Shown piece by piece: positions 27,110 to 40,102 of a DNA stretch of 64,000 bases (within the stretch, counting starts at the first letter, position 1; each line of letters begins with the position of its first letter). Source of the DNA: Octopus sinensis (taxonomy: Eukaryota); assembly GCF_006345805.1 (NCBI RefSeq), contig NC_043018.1:3348001-3412000 (forward strand), given 5' to 3'. A model generated the notes under the pieces. It was not told the DNA's origin and did not search any database. It worked only from the letters and a program-made list of their open reading frames with translations. A program made the translations under genes and the position numbers.

Positions 27110-27610
27110 ATGAAATGTAAAGTCGGCCTCAAACAGAATTCGAACTCAGAACGTAAAGTTACACAACTCTGAATTACAATCCTCTCTGTTATACGCAGAA
27201 TTTGGTGGGCGGAATCTTGTCGATTGTATCGACACCTGTACTCAATTGGTACATTGACCCCGAAAATGTGAAAGGAAACAAATCTAAGAACGCCGGAATT
27301 TGATCTCAGACCATAATGAAATGATGAATAGTGTTTTGCCTGACCTGTTAAAAATGCTGCCAGCTCACCGCTTTTATAGAAATGAGTATAAAAACCCTTT
27401 CTGATAAAGGCACAAGACCTGAAATTTTGGGGTTATGGGTTATTTCGATTACCTCGACACCAGTGCTCACCTGGTACTTAATTTATCGACCCTGAAAGGA
27501 TAAAAGGCAAAATCGACCTCGGTGGAATTTGAACTCTGAACGTAACAACAGACGCAATACCTTTGACCATTTCACCCGACGTGCCACCGATTCTGCCAAC
27601 TCACCGCTTT
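27110..27610 (-). mobile_element. Cluster of three degenerate family-1 SINE pieces
   Basis: Repeated gaatttgaactc.gaacgta and atcgacc...gaaagg motifs. Confidence 0.65.
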
Positions 27611-28482
27611 ACAAATGAGTATAACAATGCAAGACCCTGCTGTCAGCTGATGCTCTACCGATAGCTTTAATACGTAACGATTAAATAAGCAGTGAACAGG
27701 CTTAATCGTTAGAGCGTCGAACAAAATGTATAATGCTATTTATTTACAGTTCTTCACGCTTTGAGCGTAAATTCCGTTAATACCGAGTTTACCACCTATT
27801 TATACGGGGTCGATATAATAAAGGTCGAACAAACACTGGGTCGATGTCATTTACTAGAGCGGTCCCGCCAAATCTGCGTCTTTGTGCCTCTGTGATAAAT
27901 CAATTCCAAATATATTGCTCTCTATTTACGTATTCCTGTTCGTTGATTCTAAACACCAGATTTCCGACAAAATAATCTTTCAACTATAATTTATATTCGC
28001 TTGCTTGAAAATCTATATCGCCAAAGGCAAAAATCAAACTAGGAAATATAAACTCGTAAATAGTGCTATCATGATGTCAAAATGCTATGATTGATTTGGC
28101 CAAAAATATATATTCTACTCTGAAAATAGATATCCTGTAAATTTCTTTATATACATTGACACACACCCCACCACACACACACACACACACAAATATATAC
28201 ACACAAACACATACACACATACACACACACACACACACATACACAAACGGTATTATAAGTGAGTGTGTGTGATTTATATATATTTCTTTGCATGTACGTA
28301 AAATATAAGTGTGTTTATGATCCCTTTGATTTCCAGTACTTATTTTAAAGAACCAAGGGAAAGACACCATCGATGAAATTTAGATAACGATCAAAAAGAA
28401 TACATATATATATATATATACATATAAGTATATATATATAAATATAGATATATATATAGAGATATGTGTAAAGTAAAGCGAA

Positions 28483-28523
<41 letters not shown>

Positions 28524-28681
28524 TGTGTGTGCATTGAGATTTAGAAACGATTTCGAAATTGCCTGTTTATTCTGTTCCATTTACAGATTGAATTTGGAGA
28601 AAATATGATAAATGGTTTTACTCTGTGATCGAACTGCATAATACCTGTGTATGAACGCACGTATGAATGATTTAATGAATG

Positions 28682-28724
<43 letters not shown>

Positions 28725-28762
28725 AGATAGATACATACATACATACATACATCATACATACA

Positions 28763-28806
<44 letters not shown>

Positions 28807-28905
28807 TATTATATATATTATATATTATATATAAATATATTAATATATATATGTATGTATGTACGTACATACGTACGTATGGTATGTATGTATGTATGTA
28901 TGTAT

Positions 28906-29300
28906 GGTAAATGAAAGACGGATGAGGGAATACATAAGAATTTATTATTAATCACGACAGTTGTTTCGACGCATCTAGCATCGATCCCTTATGGGTGGGA
29001 CACTTATCAACTAGTTCAGGAGCATCCAGTGGTGCAGTTGTGCCTCATCGGGTGATTAAATAGACACAACTCGTTAATATAACAGTTCCGCAATGTATCT
29101 TCTCATTTCGTTGAAAGAAAAACAGCAAAACGAAGGAAATGTCTTCATTTATACAGAAGATCAAAAATAAAATCACAGATGGGAATAAAAGGGAAATGAA
29201 CACGCAATACGGCGAGAAAAGTATTAAAAATAACCGTTAACAAATATGGATGTATAAACGCCCTCGCTCAAGCTGAATGGCGCGAGTACACTCGCTCATA
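28906..29300 (-). mobile_element. ~390-bp hammerhead-bearing repeat (solo PLE-terminus-like), copy 1
   Basis: Homologous to 48602-48982; hammerhead at 28948-29059; 3' end runs into (CATA)n. Confidence 0.75.
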
Positions 29301-29561
29301 CAAGCATCCGCGAAAATGTAAGCATATGCACCCGTGTGGTTTGGTACACTCACGGTCACAAAGCAAGATAAGTAGCTATTTGGTGTTTATAAGAATGGGG
29401 AGATAACAACTAAACTCAATTCATCCATACCTTAATGTAAATTATGTAAACAGTTATTCAAATTCATTCCCACTGCATTAAGCGAAAGTATATTTATATG
29501 TGTGGAGGCATCTTGAAAGTCTTTCCGAAATTCTGTTAATGATCTTCTCATTGGTCCACAG

Positions 29562-29612
29562 AATAGACAGGGATTCCTTGGAGCAGAGTTGCCATCACCT
29601 GGAAATTATATT
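29562..29612 (+). CDS. Candidate 51-nt exon
   Basis: cttctcattggtccacag|AATAGAC...TATATT|gtatga; phase 2-2 reading IDRDSLEQSCHHLEII joins in frame to exon 30602. Confidence 0.45.
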
Positions 29613-30172
29613 GTATGATTTCGCATGCCTTACTGTGGACCAAGTTATGCTGTACTTAATATGATTAGATAGATATTATGCCTGCTAACCACTGGTAGAA
29701 AAATTTCTGTAAATTTTCTATCCTATATATTTTCTCAGTAGAATTTTCTCCTGTCACACATTGTTCCTCCCGCCTTCGCCACCTTACCTTGTATGGTCTA
29801 GCGGCCCGCACTGTCCTGCTTTTGTTACAAATTTTCATCCTCTGCAAATCTCAAATTTTATTTTGGTTCGCAGGAGCAACTGTTTTCTCGAAGGCACATA
29901 ATGTCTTGTATTGCTCGAAATGTGGAGTAGGCAAACAGCCGACAACTGATGAAGGGTCGTTCTTTATGTTAACTGTCCTGTTTTCCATTTGGTTCTTTCG
30001 TTGTTCGTATACAAAAGTTTGTCTTCGTATTTCAGGTTTCCGTATGTCGTATTACATGTTGTTTTCGTATTTCATGTTACGTTTTATGACGTCCTGTACA
30101 CATATATGCATGTATTTATACATATATATGTATGTACATATATGTATGTATATATGCATATATACATATATT

Positions 30173-30212
<40 letters not shown>

Positions 30213-30248
30213 ATATGATTGAACGCAACGCATTTATTTTTAAATAAA

Positions 30249-30292
<44 letters not shown>

Positions 30293-30601
30293 ACTATCTA
30301 TCTATCTATCTATCTATATATATATATATCTATATCTATATCTATATATATCTATATCTATATCTATATATATATTATATATATATTATTTATATATATA
30401 TCTATGATATATTATATATATATTATATATATACATAATATACATATACATATACATATACATATATACGCATGCACTTAACTGGTTTCGGATTTATTGG
30501 TTGTCAAAATATACATTATGAGCAGCGTGAAGCTGTGGCGTATATGTATGATTTTGTGCTTTTTCTCTGGTCGATGTCTTCAAAATCGTTTGCTTTTACA
30601 G

Positions 30602-30639
30602 AGAGGATGTGCCCGAGATCATTATCAGTGGTCAAAACG
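30602..30639 (+). CDS. Candidate 38-nt exon
   Basis: tcgtttgcttttacag|AGAGGATGTGCCCGAGATCATTATCAGTGGTCAAAACG|gtaaga; phase 2 to 1, EDVPEIIISGQN; strong splice sites; phase-compatible with terminal exon 62713. Confidence 0.6.
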
Positions 30640-30863
30640 GTAAGAACTGAAATGTCACCTTTAAACTATTTGCCGTGCATTACTCTTATCAATAACTTAT
30701 GTAACAATTTGCGGAAATATCTCAAGTGAATAAAAAATAATTATTTGCTTCCCGCATTTTCACAACATCCATTTAAATGTGGTCTATATATATATAGGAC
30801 AAATATGAATAGAGATGAAAATGGTGGCTGAGAAAGAAAGGAGTGTGTTGGTGTATGCGCGTG

Positions 30864-30894
<31 letters not shown>

Positions 30895-31258
30895 ATGCGC
30901 ATGAACCCACACGCATGCGCTCTGGCTACATTAAGCAAGGTAACAAACACCTCAAACGATATTTTCGTAAGAAAGATTGCATCTTTCCTTAAAACAGTTT
31001 ATATAACACAAAATGTCATCACGCCTTGGCTAAATACTATCATAGCTGCTCATACAGGTACTGGACGTAATCAACAGCTGAAATCAGCTATAAATGCTGA
31101 CATTTTTTCACCTTTCATAACTATTGTACTGACTGTCATATGATACATCTCCAAAACTAAAAGTTTACGTGACCTTCCTACGTGTCTATCATACGAGTAA
31201 CCCCAACCATCAATCTGTACTTTAATTGATAGTAATTTGTGCTACGCTGTCTCTTAAA

Positions 31259-31321
31259 AATCAACGTTTCGTACAACGGACCGAAAAATTGTTTATGACA
31301 AAGTATGTTACTCATAAGATT
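31259..31321 (-). ncRNA. Degenerate hammerhead with extended stem II
   Basis: AATC-TTATGA-GTAAC..TTGT(CATAA)ACAA..GTAC-GAAACGTT/GATT. Confidence 0.45.
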
Positions 31322-31732
31322 CACCTTTGAAAATCAACACTTTAAAATCAGTTAAGTTCATATACATTTATGTATGTATGTATGTTTGTATGTATGCATG
31401 TATGTATAAACATCTATTAAAACTGATATGCACAAACGTGCATGCATATACATCCTTGATATTAGGAGATTACGCAAGAATAGTTAGAGGCCATGTTAGA
31501 GCTTAGATGTTTCGAATTCTTAAAAAATGTAACTTCTTAATCAGTTTATGATACTCCTGTATCTGTTGTGATAGGTAAGATAAAACCATTCTACGAACAT
31601 CAATAACAAGGCGGACAAAGGTGTATGAAATATATCTACATTAGTTGTTACATAACCTTATTGCAATCGGCTATTACAGATATTTCAGTGAAGTGAGGGT
31701 GCTATAACGCACAATATGTAATTAGGTGAAAG

Positions 31733-32314
31733 CATTATGAGATAATAATAAATCTCAACCTAGAAACTGCAGTCCGTGCGTATCACTTAGGTTGACGAGG
31801 GAAGGGTGACCTCCCTTTGCAAATACCATAAGGGCACAGAAAGTGTGCCTAAAGCCAGCTGGAGACGATGTTCTCCTGAGACTACAAGCTACAGTAACAC
31901 CCACCCTTAGTGGTTAGCCATATTGAGATGGCAAGTATACCTCACATTGTCGTGCAGTTACTGTTTATACCTCGTTCAGAGCTTTATTATTGCTTGCATA
32001 CAGTTTTTCGAGATCAGTGACGAAAAGTTACTGGAAAAACGATATAAAGGATTTGCATTGGAACACCTTTTCATCGAAAACCGGTGATTGTCGTACGCTG
32101 ATGACAGGTCAAAACCTAGAAACTGCAGTCCGTTCGTATCACTTAGGTTGACGAGGGAAGGGTGACTTCCCTTTGCAAATACCATAAGGGCACAGAAAGT
32201 GTGCCTAAAGCCAGCTGGAGACGATGTTCTCCTGGGGCTACAACCTACAGTAATACCTACCTTTAGTGGTAAGCCATATTGAGATGGCAAGTATACCTCA
32301 CATTATGAGATAAT
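31733..32314 (-). mobile_element. RT-like fragment as repeat-spacer-repeat with 14-bp flanking direct repeat
   Basis: 192-bp repeats at 31757-31948 and 32113-32304; cattatgagataat at 31733-31746 and 32301-32314; minus ORF has GFR-x31-DLSSAYD, the LINE RT motif 2-3 spacing. Confidence 0.6.
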
Positions 32315-32725
32315 ATCACAAGAAAGCAAAGAGGCGAGCTGAGTTCAAATTTCGTCGAGGTCAACCTCACATTTTACCTTTTCACGGTCGATAAAATAAG
32401 TACCAGTTGAGAAGTAAGGTCGATATAGTTGACTAAGCTCTCCCTTGAAATTGCTGATCTTGTGGCCAGGTTTAAAACCAATGTTACAGGAAAGCCCATC
32501 TGTAAACATAACATCAATGGACAGAAATTCCACAAAAGACAAATACAAAGCTCATCAGTCCAATGCCAAAAAGAGTTTCTAAATTAAAAACTGCAAAAGG
32601 GAATGTCAATTAAACACTAAAGTATGTAGTCCTACCTATCGATTACATTTCAATTGTTTGCTTTGCTTATTAAATATAAGATTTTGAAAATTAAAGGTGT
32701 TTGTTTACTTCCTGCATGTCTGTGG

Positions 32726-32788
<63 letters not shown>

Positions 32789-33136
32789 ATCTTATAATTA
32801 AGGACTAAAGAAGGTTATTCTAAAGCCAAATACACTGCTTTATCCACTTATAATCCACTTGTTACAGGAAAATTGAACTGAAAGCGCGCAACTAACCTTT
32901 AGAAAATTTAAATTTCGTTATCTCTATATTGAATCAATTTCGGAATTAATCCCTATAAAGGATACATCCTTCTTCAGTAGAGCTTACGAGGGAATATAAA
33001 TAAAATACTCACATGTGGCCATGGAAAAAGCAGAAGCTAAAAACACAACTACATTTAAGTACGTCGTTATATCTATAAGTGGATAAAGCAGTGTATTGGC
33101 TTTAGAATAACCTTTTTTAGCCCTTAATTATAAGAT
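32789..33136. mobile_element. MITE with ~64-bp terminal inverted repeats
   Basis: atcttataattaaggactaaagaaggttattctaaagcc... and ...ggctttagaataaccttttttagcccttaattataagat. Confidence 0.85.
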
Positions 33137-33363
33137 GTTTATACTTCAACCATAAAGGTTTTTTTAATATACTGCCACGCTTTTTGATGGAATCCTTTTC
33201 TGTAGAGAAAGGGACATCATTCTATATTGTTAGTAGTAGTATAATATTATATATATATATATATATTATATATCTATATTTATATATTTATATACACACA
33301 CACACATACACACATTACACACACACACACACACACACACACAACACACACACACACCACACA

Positions 33364-33396
<33 letters not shown>

Positions 33397-34317
33397 AATA
33401 TATTATATATATGTAAATGTTTTCTTATTCTAGTTTAACTGAATAAACTTTGGCGTACGTATTCATGAGATAGGCTTCACGTGTCTAACACAAGTGAAGA
33501 GCAGTGAAAGAAGGGGAAAAAAAGAAGACATTTAATTCGAGTCCTTTTGTATTGAAAAGGGTTTTAATGTATATATTTTATGAGCAAAAGAAATTTTGTA
33601 GTGAAAGAAAGGAAGTCACATTTTATTGACCGAGGATGTCAAGAGGCAGAATCTTTAGCACGCCGGACAAAATGCATAGCGGCATTTCATCAGCCTTTAA
33701 GTTCTGAGTTCAAATTCCGTCGAGGTCGATTCTGCCCAAAATTTCTGATCTTGTGCTAAAATTTGAAACTGATATTGGTTTCAACTTATAGCCCTGGGCC
33801 ATCAGTTTTGGAAGAGGGAGTTCAGCATGGAGCTTATTTTATTGACACCGAAAAAGAGGAAAGGCAAAGTCGACCTCGGCGGAATTGGAACTCAAAACGT
33901 AAGGAAAGACAAAATACTGGTAGTTATTTTTCTGGTGTATTAATGATTTTGTCTGTTTGGCGCCTCGAACCCATAAGAACCCATATACCTTGGTTTTGGT
34001 TTTATCATATTTTTCTTTTGTTTTTTAATCGAGAATACGACAGCCGAGAATAAGATGTGTAAATTTGAAAATATAATCTTTAGCATACATCAGGCGACAT
34101 GAGTCAGCACATTGTATATTAAAGGAACGAAAGCTAAATGAAACCGGTTTTTCCAAAATAACATATAATAAAATGTAACATAAATGTCGAATATTAAGTT
34201 GGAAAAATGCAATTGTTTTTACCGAACTTAAATATATATATTTATATGTGTGTTTGCGTGCGCGCGTGTGTGTGTGTGAAGAGTAGAAATAACTATATAT
34301 GTATATAAATAAATAAA

Positions 34318-34396
<79 letters not shown>

Positions 34397-34427
34397 GTAG
34401 ATTAATACACACACACATACGCTCTGC

Positions 34428-34458
<31 letters not shown>

Positions 34459-35735
34459 ATATATATATATATACAGAGATAGATAGGTAGATAGATATTA
34501 ATATGTACATATAAATATATATACATATATGTATATATATATAGAGAGAGAGAGTTTGAAAGATAGATATTAATTTGTGTGTGTGTGTGTGATTGCATAT
34601 CTCACAAATCCCACTGCATTCCATGCATTAAGCACTACGTTACTTTCTCTCTATTTCTGTTCTGTGTTGTGAATCTTAGTTTCTCTTCAGTTTTTACTAT
34701 GATAAAATCAGCAATGATTTGTAAGCATCATTTCATGCAGCAAAACAATTCTATGTGTAATATCCCTGAATGCATGCAACCAAACACACGCACACTTCGA
34801 AATGTTGATACAAGGCTGAATATCTGTATATCTATTCATCCATTTGTCTCTCTCTCTATTTACATATCTATCTATCTATATGTGTGTGTGTATCGAATTA
34901 CACATATTTATCTCTATATATAAAACTGAAATGCGTTTTTACCGCTTGGTCGCTTTCAATGCCACTACATCCCGTCCGATTCGCTCCCAAATTTACAGGG
35001 ACATGTAGGAATGAGGTGACGATGCGCGTGGGCTACCTTACAAATCCCTATCTTAAAAGGTGTGGTTGCTAGGGGCCATCTTCCTACCTCACCTATTTCC
35101 TCCAGTACTCTGTCACTCCTCTTCATTTGACAATGCTGCAACTACCGTTATTTAATGTAAAGTCTTCCTCAAATCACTCTGTAGCTATTTACTCTCTTCA
35201 AGAAACATTTTCACTCACTCTAACTCTTACCTTCCTATACATTTTACTCATTATCTCTCAGCGTTCATGGACAGTAACAAATATTACTCGCAATCCCCAT
35301 CGCCATCGCATTTATGTCTACCTGTCAACACACACACACACACACATATATATACATATATCTAATATTATATTTTTATTTTTTGTGTTTTGTTTTTGGT
35401 TTTTTACTGTTTCATTTCCCTATTAGTGGTTTATCTCTAATTTAATTTCTACAGCGTGCACACACACACACACACACACGCGCACACACCTATATGTAGC
35501 CCCAGTACACCCGAATGAAATCGGGTTCTCTTCATCAAAATGTGAAAAGGGGTCTACATTATCATCGCCCAAACTATGTATGTCTTCCTCACTCACTCAC
35601 TCTTTTTCTAATGATAATTATCATCGCCACCACCAACACCACCAACACACAATCTGGGCAATCTTTCTCTTATAACAAACATGTTTACATTGCAACGACG
35701 TCTGCCACCTCCGCCGTCTCTATTTATTCTGCAAA

Positions 35736-36148
35736 TGACCAGAACTCGGGAAACTTGGTTGAGTGTTCTATGGTCTATGACCAGAAATCGGGAAACTTGC
35801 TTGGACTGTTCTATGGTCTATGACCAGAAATCGGGAAACTTGGTTGAGTGTTCTATGGTCTATGACCAGAATCGGGGGAAACTTGCTTGACTGTTCTATG
35901 GTCTATGACCAGAAATCGGGGGAAACTTGGTTGAGTGTTCTATGGTCTATGACCAGAACTCGGGAAACTTGCTTGACTGTTCTATGGTCTATGACCAGGA
36001 AATCGGGAAACTTGGTTGAGTGTTCTATGGTCTATGACCAGAAATCGGGAAACTTGCTGGACTGTTCTATGGTCTATGACCAGAAATCGGGGGAAACTTG
36101 GTTGAGTGTTCTATGGTCTATGACCAGAATTGAGAAAACTTGGTTGTG
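35736..36148 (+). repeat. 42-43-bp minisatellite with strict A/B alternation (9 full units plus a partial unit)
   Basis: tgaccagaaatcgggaaacttg[gttgagt|cttgact]gttctatggtcta; unit starts 35736, 35778, 35821, 35863, 35906, 35950, 35992, 36035, 36077, 36121. Confidence 0.95.
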
Positions 36149-36839
36149 TCCTCATCTTATAAAATGTGGCCCCAGTAGACCCAAATTAAATCGGGTTATA
36201 TTAACCAAAAGGTGAAAAGGGGTATAAATGGGGCTGGAAGGGGATTAAAATTTAAAGGAGCGGGTTGTCTAGCAATTCTCTGTTACATCAAGCTAAAAAA
36301 TTGCTCCAGCCTTTTCATCGTCAATGTGTGCCGTCCATGATGAAGAAGTTTTGAATGCTTGCCATCGTGAGTCTACTGTCGTGAGAAAGAATCAAGTCAA
36401 AACTTGGTTTTAGGAATTTTCTTTTACATCAAGTTCAAACTTTTACGCCAGCCGTTGAACTGTCAATACGTTGCTGTCCGTCGTTAAGAAATGCCAGCCA
36501 TGGTGACTCTACTATCCTCAAATTCTATCCCTTCAAACTTTGGTTTCCATATTTTATTATTTTTATTCAGCTCGCAAGTTCGTCTGTCCCTTTTAAATGC
36601 TAGTGTTTTGCTGTCTGTCTTGAAGCAGACCTTTCCTTTGTAACTGCCTGATATTTATGATTGATCTTTCTAAATATTTTATTCTCAACTTACTCAAGAT
36701 CTTTTGTTGTTTATAAATGGGAGAGAGATACATAAAGATAGAGAGTAAGAGAAAGCGAGGGAGAGTCCGAGAGAAAGGAAGAGTAAGAGAGTTGGGAAAG
36801 TGAGAGAGTGGGAAAGGAGAAAAGAAACAAAGAGGGAGA

Positions 36840-37168
36840 ATCATCATCATCATCATCATCATCATCGTTTAACGTCCGTTTTCCGTGCTAGCACGGGTTG
36901 GACAGTTTGACAGGGGCCTGGGAAGCCAGGAGGCTGCACCAGGCTTCAGTCTGATCTGGCAGTGTTTCGACAGGTGGATGCCCTTCCTAACGCCAACCAC
37001 TCTGTGAGCGTAGTGGGTGCTTTTTTCGTGCCGCCTGCACAGGTGCCAGGGGGGCTGGCAGCGGCCACGATCGGTTGGTGCTTTTTACGTGCCACCAGCA
37101 CAGAAGCCAGTCAAGGCGGCGATGCAATCCGCCACGTTCGGATGGTGCTTTTTACGTGCTGAAAGGAA
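36840..37168 (-). mobile_element. SINE-like repeat family 4 with (GAT)n tail
   Basis: (CAT)n then cgtttaacgtccg...ggatgcccttcctaacgccaac; three internal ggtgctttttacgtgc repeats; related copy at 42982-43480. Confidence 0.65.
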
Positions 37169-37298
37169 GCAACAGAAAGTAACAACCACACTCTTACCCG
37201 CGCGTAGAGCGGGTCACCTTCAGCTAGTATACATATATAAGTGTATATCCATCCATATATTTATATCTCTCTCACTATATACACACATATATATATAC

Positions 37299-37359
<61 letters not shown>

Positions 37360-37840
37360 TGTGTATGTGTGTGTGTGTGTGTTGTGAAAGAGAGAGAGAT
37401 TGAGAGGTCTGTGCATGTTTAAATATATTTAGGTGAATATGTGTATGTATGCAAAAGAGTGTGTGTCTCTGAGTGTGCACCTGTATGTGTGCGTGTGCGC
37501 GTGCGTGAGCGCTTGTGTTTTTAACAGATTCATTCAAATAAATGTTGATTTCTAAACATAAATACATATATAAATGGTAAAACATAAATATACCTACATA
37601 TATAAATATCTACGTAATGACACATACATATTCACAGACACTTTGCATGGAAGCATAGATTTTTTTTCAGAACACGCAGACCCTTGCAAACACAGATAGG
37701 CATATATGGTTATGTGCGTTCTCATCTCTTAGTGAGTTAATGAATGTGTATATATATATGTATATATAGTAATTTAATAAATAAAATATATGCATACATA
37801 CATACATATGTACGTACCTACATCTACATGTATATATAAA

Positions 37841-37884
<44 letters not shown>

Positions 37885-37992
37885 ATATGTGAGTACAGAA
37901 CACCACAAATAAACGTAGAACTCAACGAGAAACGAAAACATAAAAACAAACTAGGAAACGGACTATATATATATGTGGTGTCTGTGTGTATG

Positions 37993-38023
<31 letters not shown>

Positions 38024-38082
38024 GAGTGTGTATATATTTACTATATAATTTATATATATATATATTATAACAATGCAATGAT

Positions 38083-38182
38083 TGCAGCAATAAAATGCAG
38101 CGCCGCTATCATCGGCACTGCATTTAAATTGATGTAATGCATTGTTCAATTAAATGGAGCCGCTTGAAACGGTCGTACTGCA
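38083..38182 (+). ncRNA. Highly degenerate hammerhead-like fold with two inserted hairpins
   Basis: TGCAG...GAAACGGTCGTA/CTGCA; inner hairpins ATGCAG.GCCG/CGGC.CTGCAT; core CAATAAA matches the consensus poorly. Confidence 0.3.
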
Positions 38183-38818
38183 TTACTACTTGATATCCTG
38201 TTGCTTATTTTGATTTTATTCACCTCACTTCGAGCTCTGAGGATAATACCGAACTGACCTGGTGCTTACACTTAAGTACCTAATTCAACTAAATCTTAAT
38301 TATTTTTTAAATCGTCAACCCTAAACATATATATATGTATGTATGTGCCTTACTTGTTCACCTGTAGGCTGTTATAGCGCGATGGAGATGACTCAGTTTC
38401 TGTGGTTTATCAACAACACGTTCCTAAAGCGAAATGGAAGCGATCTAAATCGCAAGTCCACGACTATATGCAAGTAGTGTAAGAAAACTCCACTTGCTGG
38501 TATGCCCGGGCGATATTACATAAGGATAATTACAAATATGAATTAGAGGTGGCGCTAATGTTGTAAGTATTATCGAACAGGAATACGCAACGCATGAGCT
38601 TTACCTGTTGGTCGATTGGCTGAATACGGCGAGATGGAGATGACTCTGTCAAAGCGTGAGGTCTTAAAATTCTGAAATTCATGGACAGATAAGACAACTC
38701 ACTGCAGATCCCATTCAGGGGATTAGTGGACATTGATGTTTCACCATTTTTGTGGCTGATCAAGTGAACCGAATTGGAGGTGAACTAAATCGCTAGTCCG
38801 TAACTATATACAAATATC

Positions 38819-39048
38819 TATTTCTTTATTACCCACAAGGGGCTACACACAGAGGAGACAAACAAAGACAGACATAGGTATTAAGTCGATTACACCGACC
38901 CCAGTGCGTGACTGGTACTTAATTTATCGACCCCGAAAGGATGAAAGGCAAATTCGACCTCGGCGGAATTTGAACTCACAACGTAACGCAGACGAAATAC
39001 CGCTAAGTATTTCGCCCGGCATGCTAACGTTTCTGCCAGCTCGCCGCC
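38819..39048 (-). mobile_element. SINE family 1 with 12-bp TSD
   Basis: TSD tatacaaatatc at 38807-38818 and 39049-39060. Confidence 0.9.
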
Positions 39049-40102
39049 TATACAAATATCACCCGGCGCTTCGATCGACTCATCTCCAACGTCTCAATTC
39101 GTAGCCGACTAGGGAACAATAAAAGCACTGACGCCGAGTATGTGCGTTCGGTAATGCTTACTATACTAGCGTTGCTTCTAATTCCCAATTGAATTTATCC
39201 TTACGCGCACGCGTGTGTGTGCGTGTGCGTGTGCGTGTATGTCTTTGACAAGTGGTGCTGGTGTGTTTAGTCCCCTGTTAACCAGCGGTTCGACAAAAGA
39301 GGCCGATAGAATAAATACCAACCCTTGAAAAATTATGCACTTGGATCGAATTATTATTATATGCATATCAAGTGAATTCACGCTACGAATTAGCAAGCCA
39401 GAATTATGCAAATTAGACGGTAATTCATAATCTCAGCACTGAAGGCACCGATGGAGAGAAATCACTGCTGTTAGGTAATCCTGGATAATCCACCCAATTC
39501 CAAGAATATCCAAATCTATTCAACTCCGAATGAAACATTGAGTGAATCGTAAAAAACATAATAAAAACAGACGACTACCTTTTCTCACATTTATACAATT
39601 GATTCACTGGGAGTTTGTTTTTCGACGTAAGTATTCTACATTTAGTTCGATTAATACGTTACACAGCGCTCAACTCACCTGGCAACAAGGTAAGCAAGTA
39701 AACGTTAGTCTGTTGATTAATCAGCAAGTGAACTTTCTAATCAGATTACCAATATTTAAGAAGTTTAAGGTGGATATGTCTCCAAGGCGTCAATCAATCA
39801 AAAGAAGTAGATGGAGTAATAAGGCTTCTAAATATAAAGATAAAAGCATTAAGATGCTACAGATGTCATTAAACGAAGCAAATTCGTCGGCAAAGACCAG
39901 CAGAAGCAGAACTTGTCAGCAGATGACGGGCGTCAAGCAAGATGTTTGACCTCTTCAGGACAAGTGCAAAATGGAAGCGAAAGAAAGAAAGATATGGTGG
40001 GGGTGAAGGAAAAGAAATAATAGAACCATGTAACATAAATGAAATACTAGAAACAAACAACAAATATAGGAAAAACAAAGAGAGAAATTAGAGAGGATAG
40101 AT

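Noticed and set aside
29946-30030. CTGATGAAGGG hammerhead start
   Set aside because: No intact GAAAC/stem III downstream
32090-32140. CGTACG-CTGATGA-CAGGTC-AAAA...GTC/CGTTCG as a retrozyme hammerhead
   Set aside because: No stem II and no GAAA; better explained as the antisense of codons FDLSSAYD
35736-36148. CRISPR-like array
   Set aside because: Contiguous tandem units with no unique spacers; eukaryotic context; no cas genes
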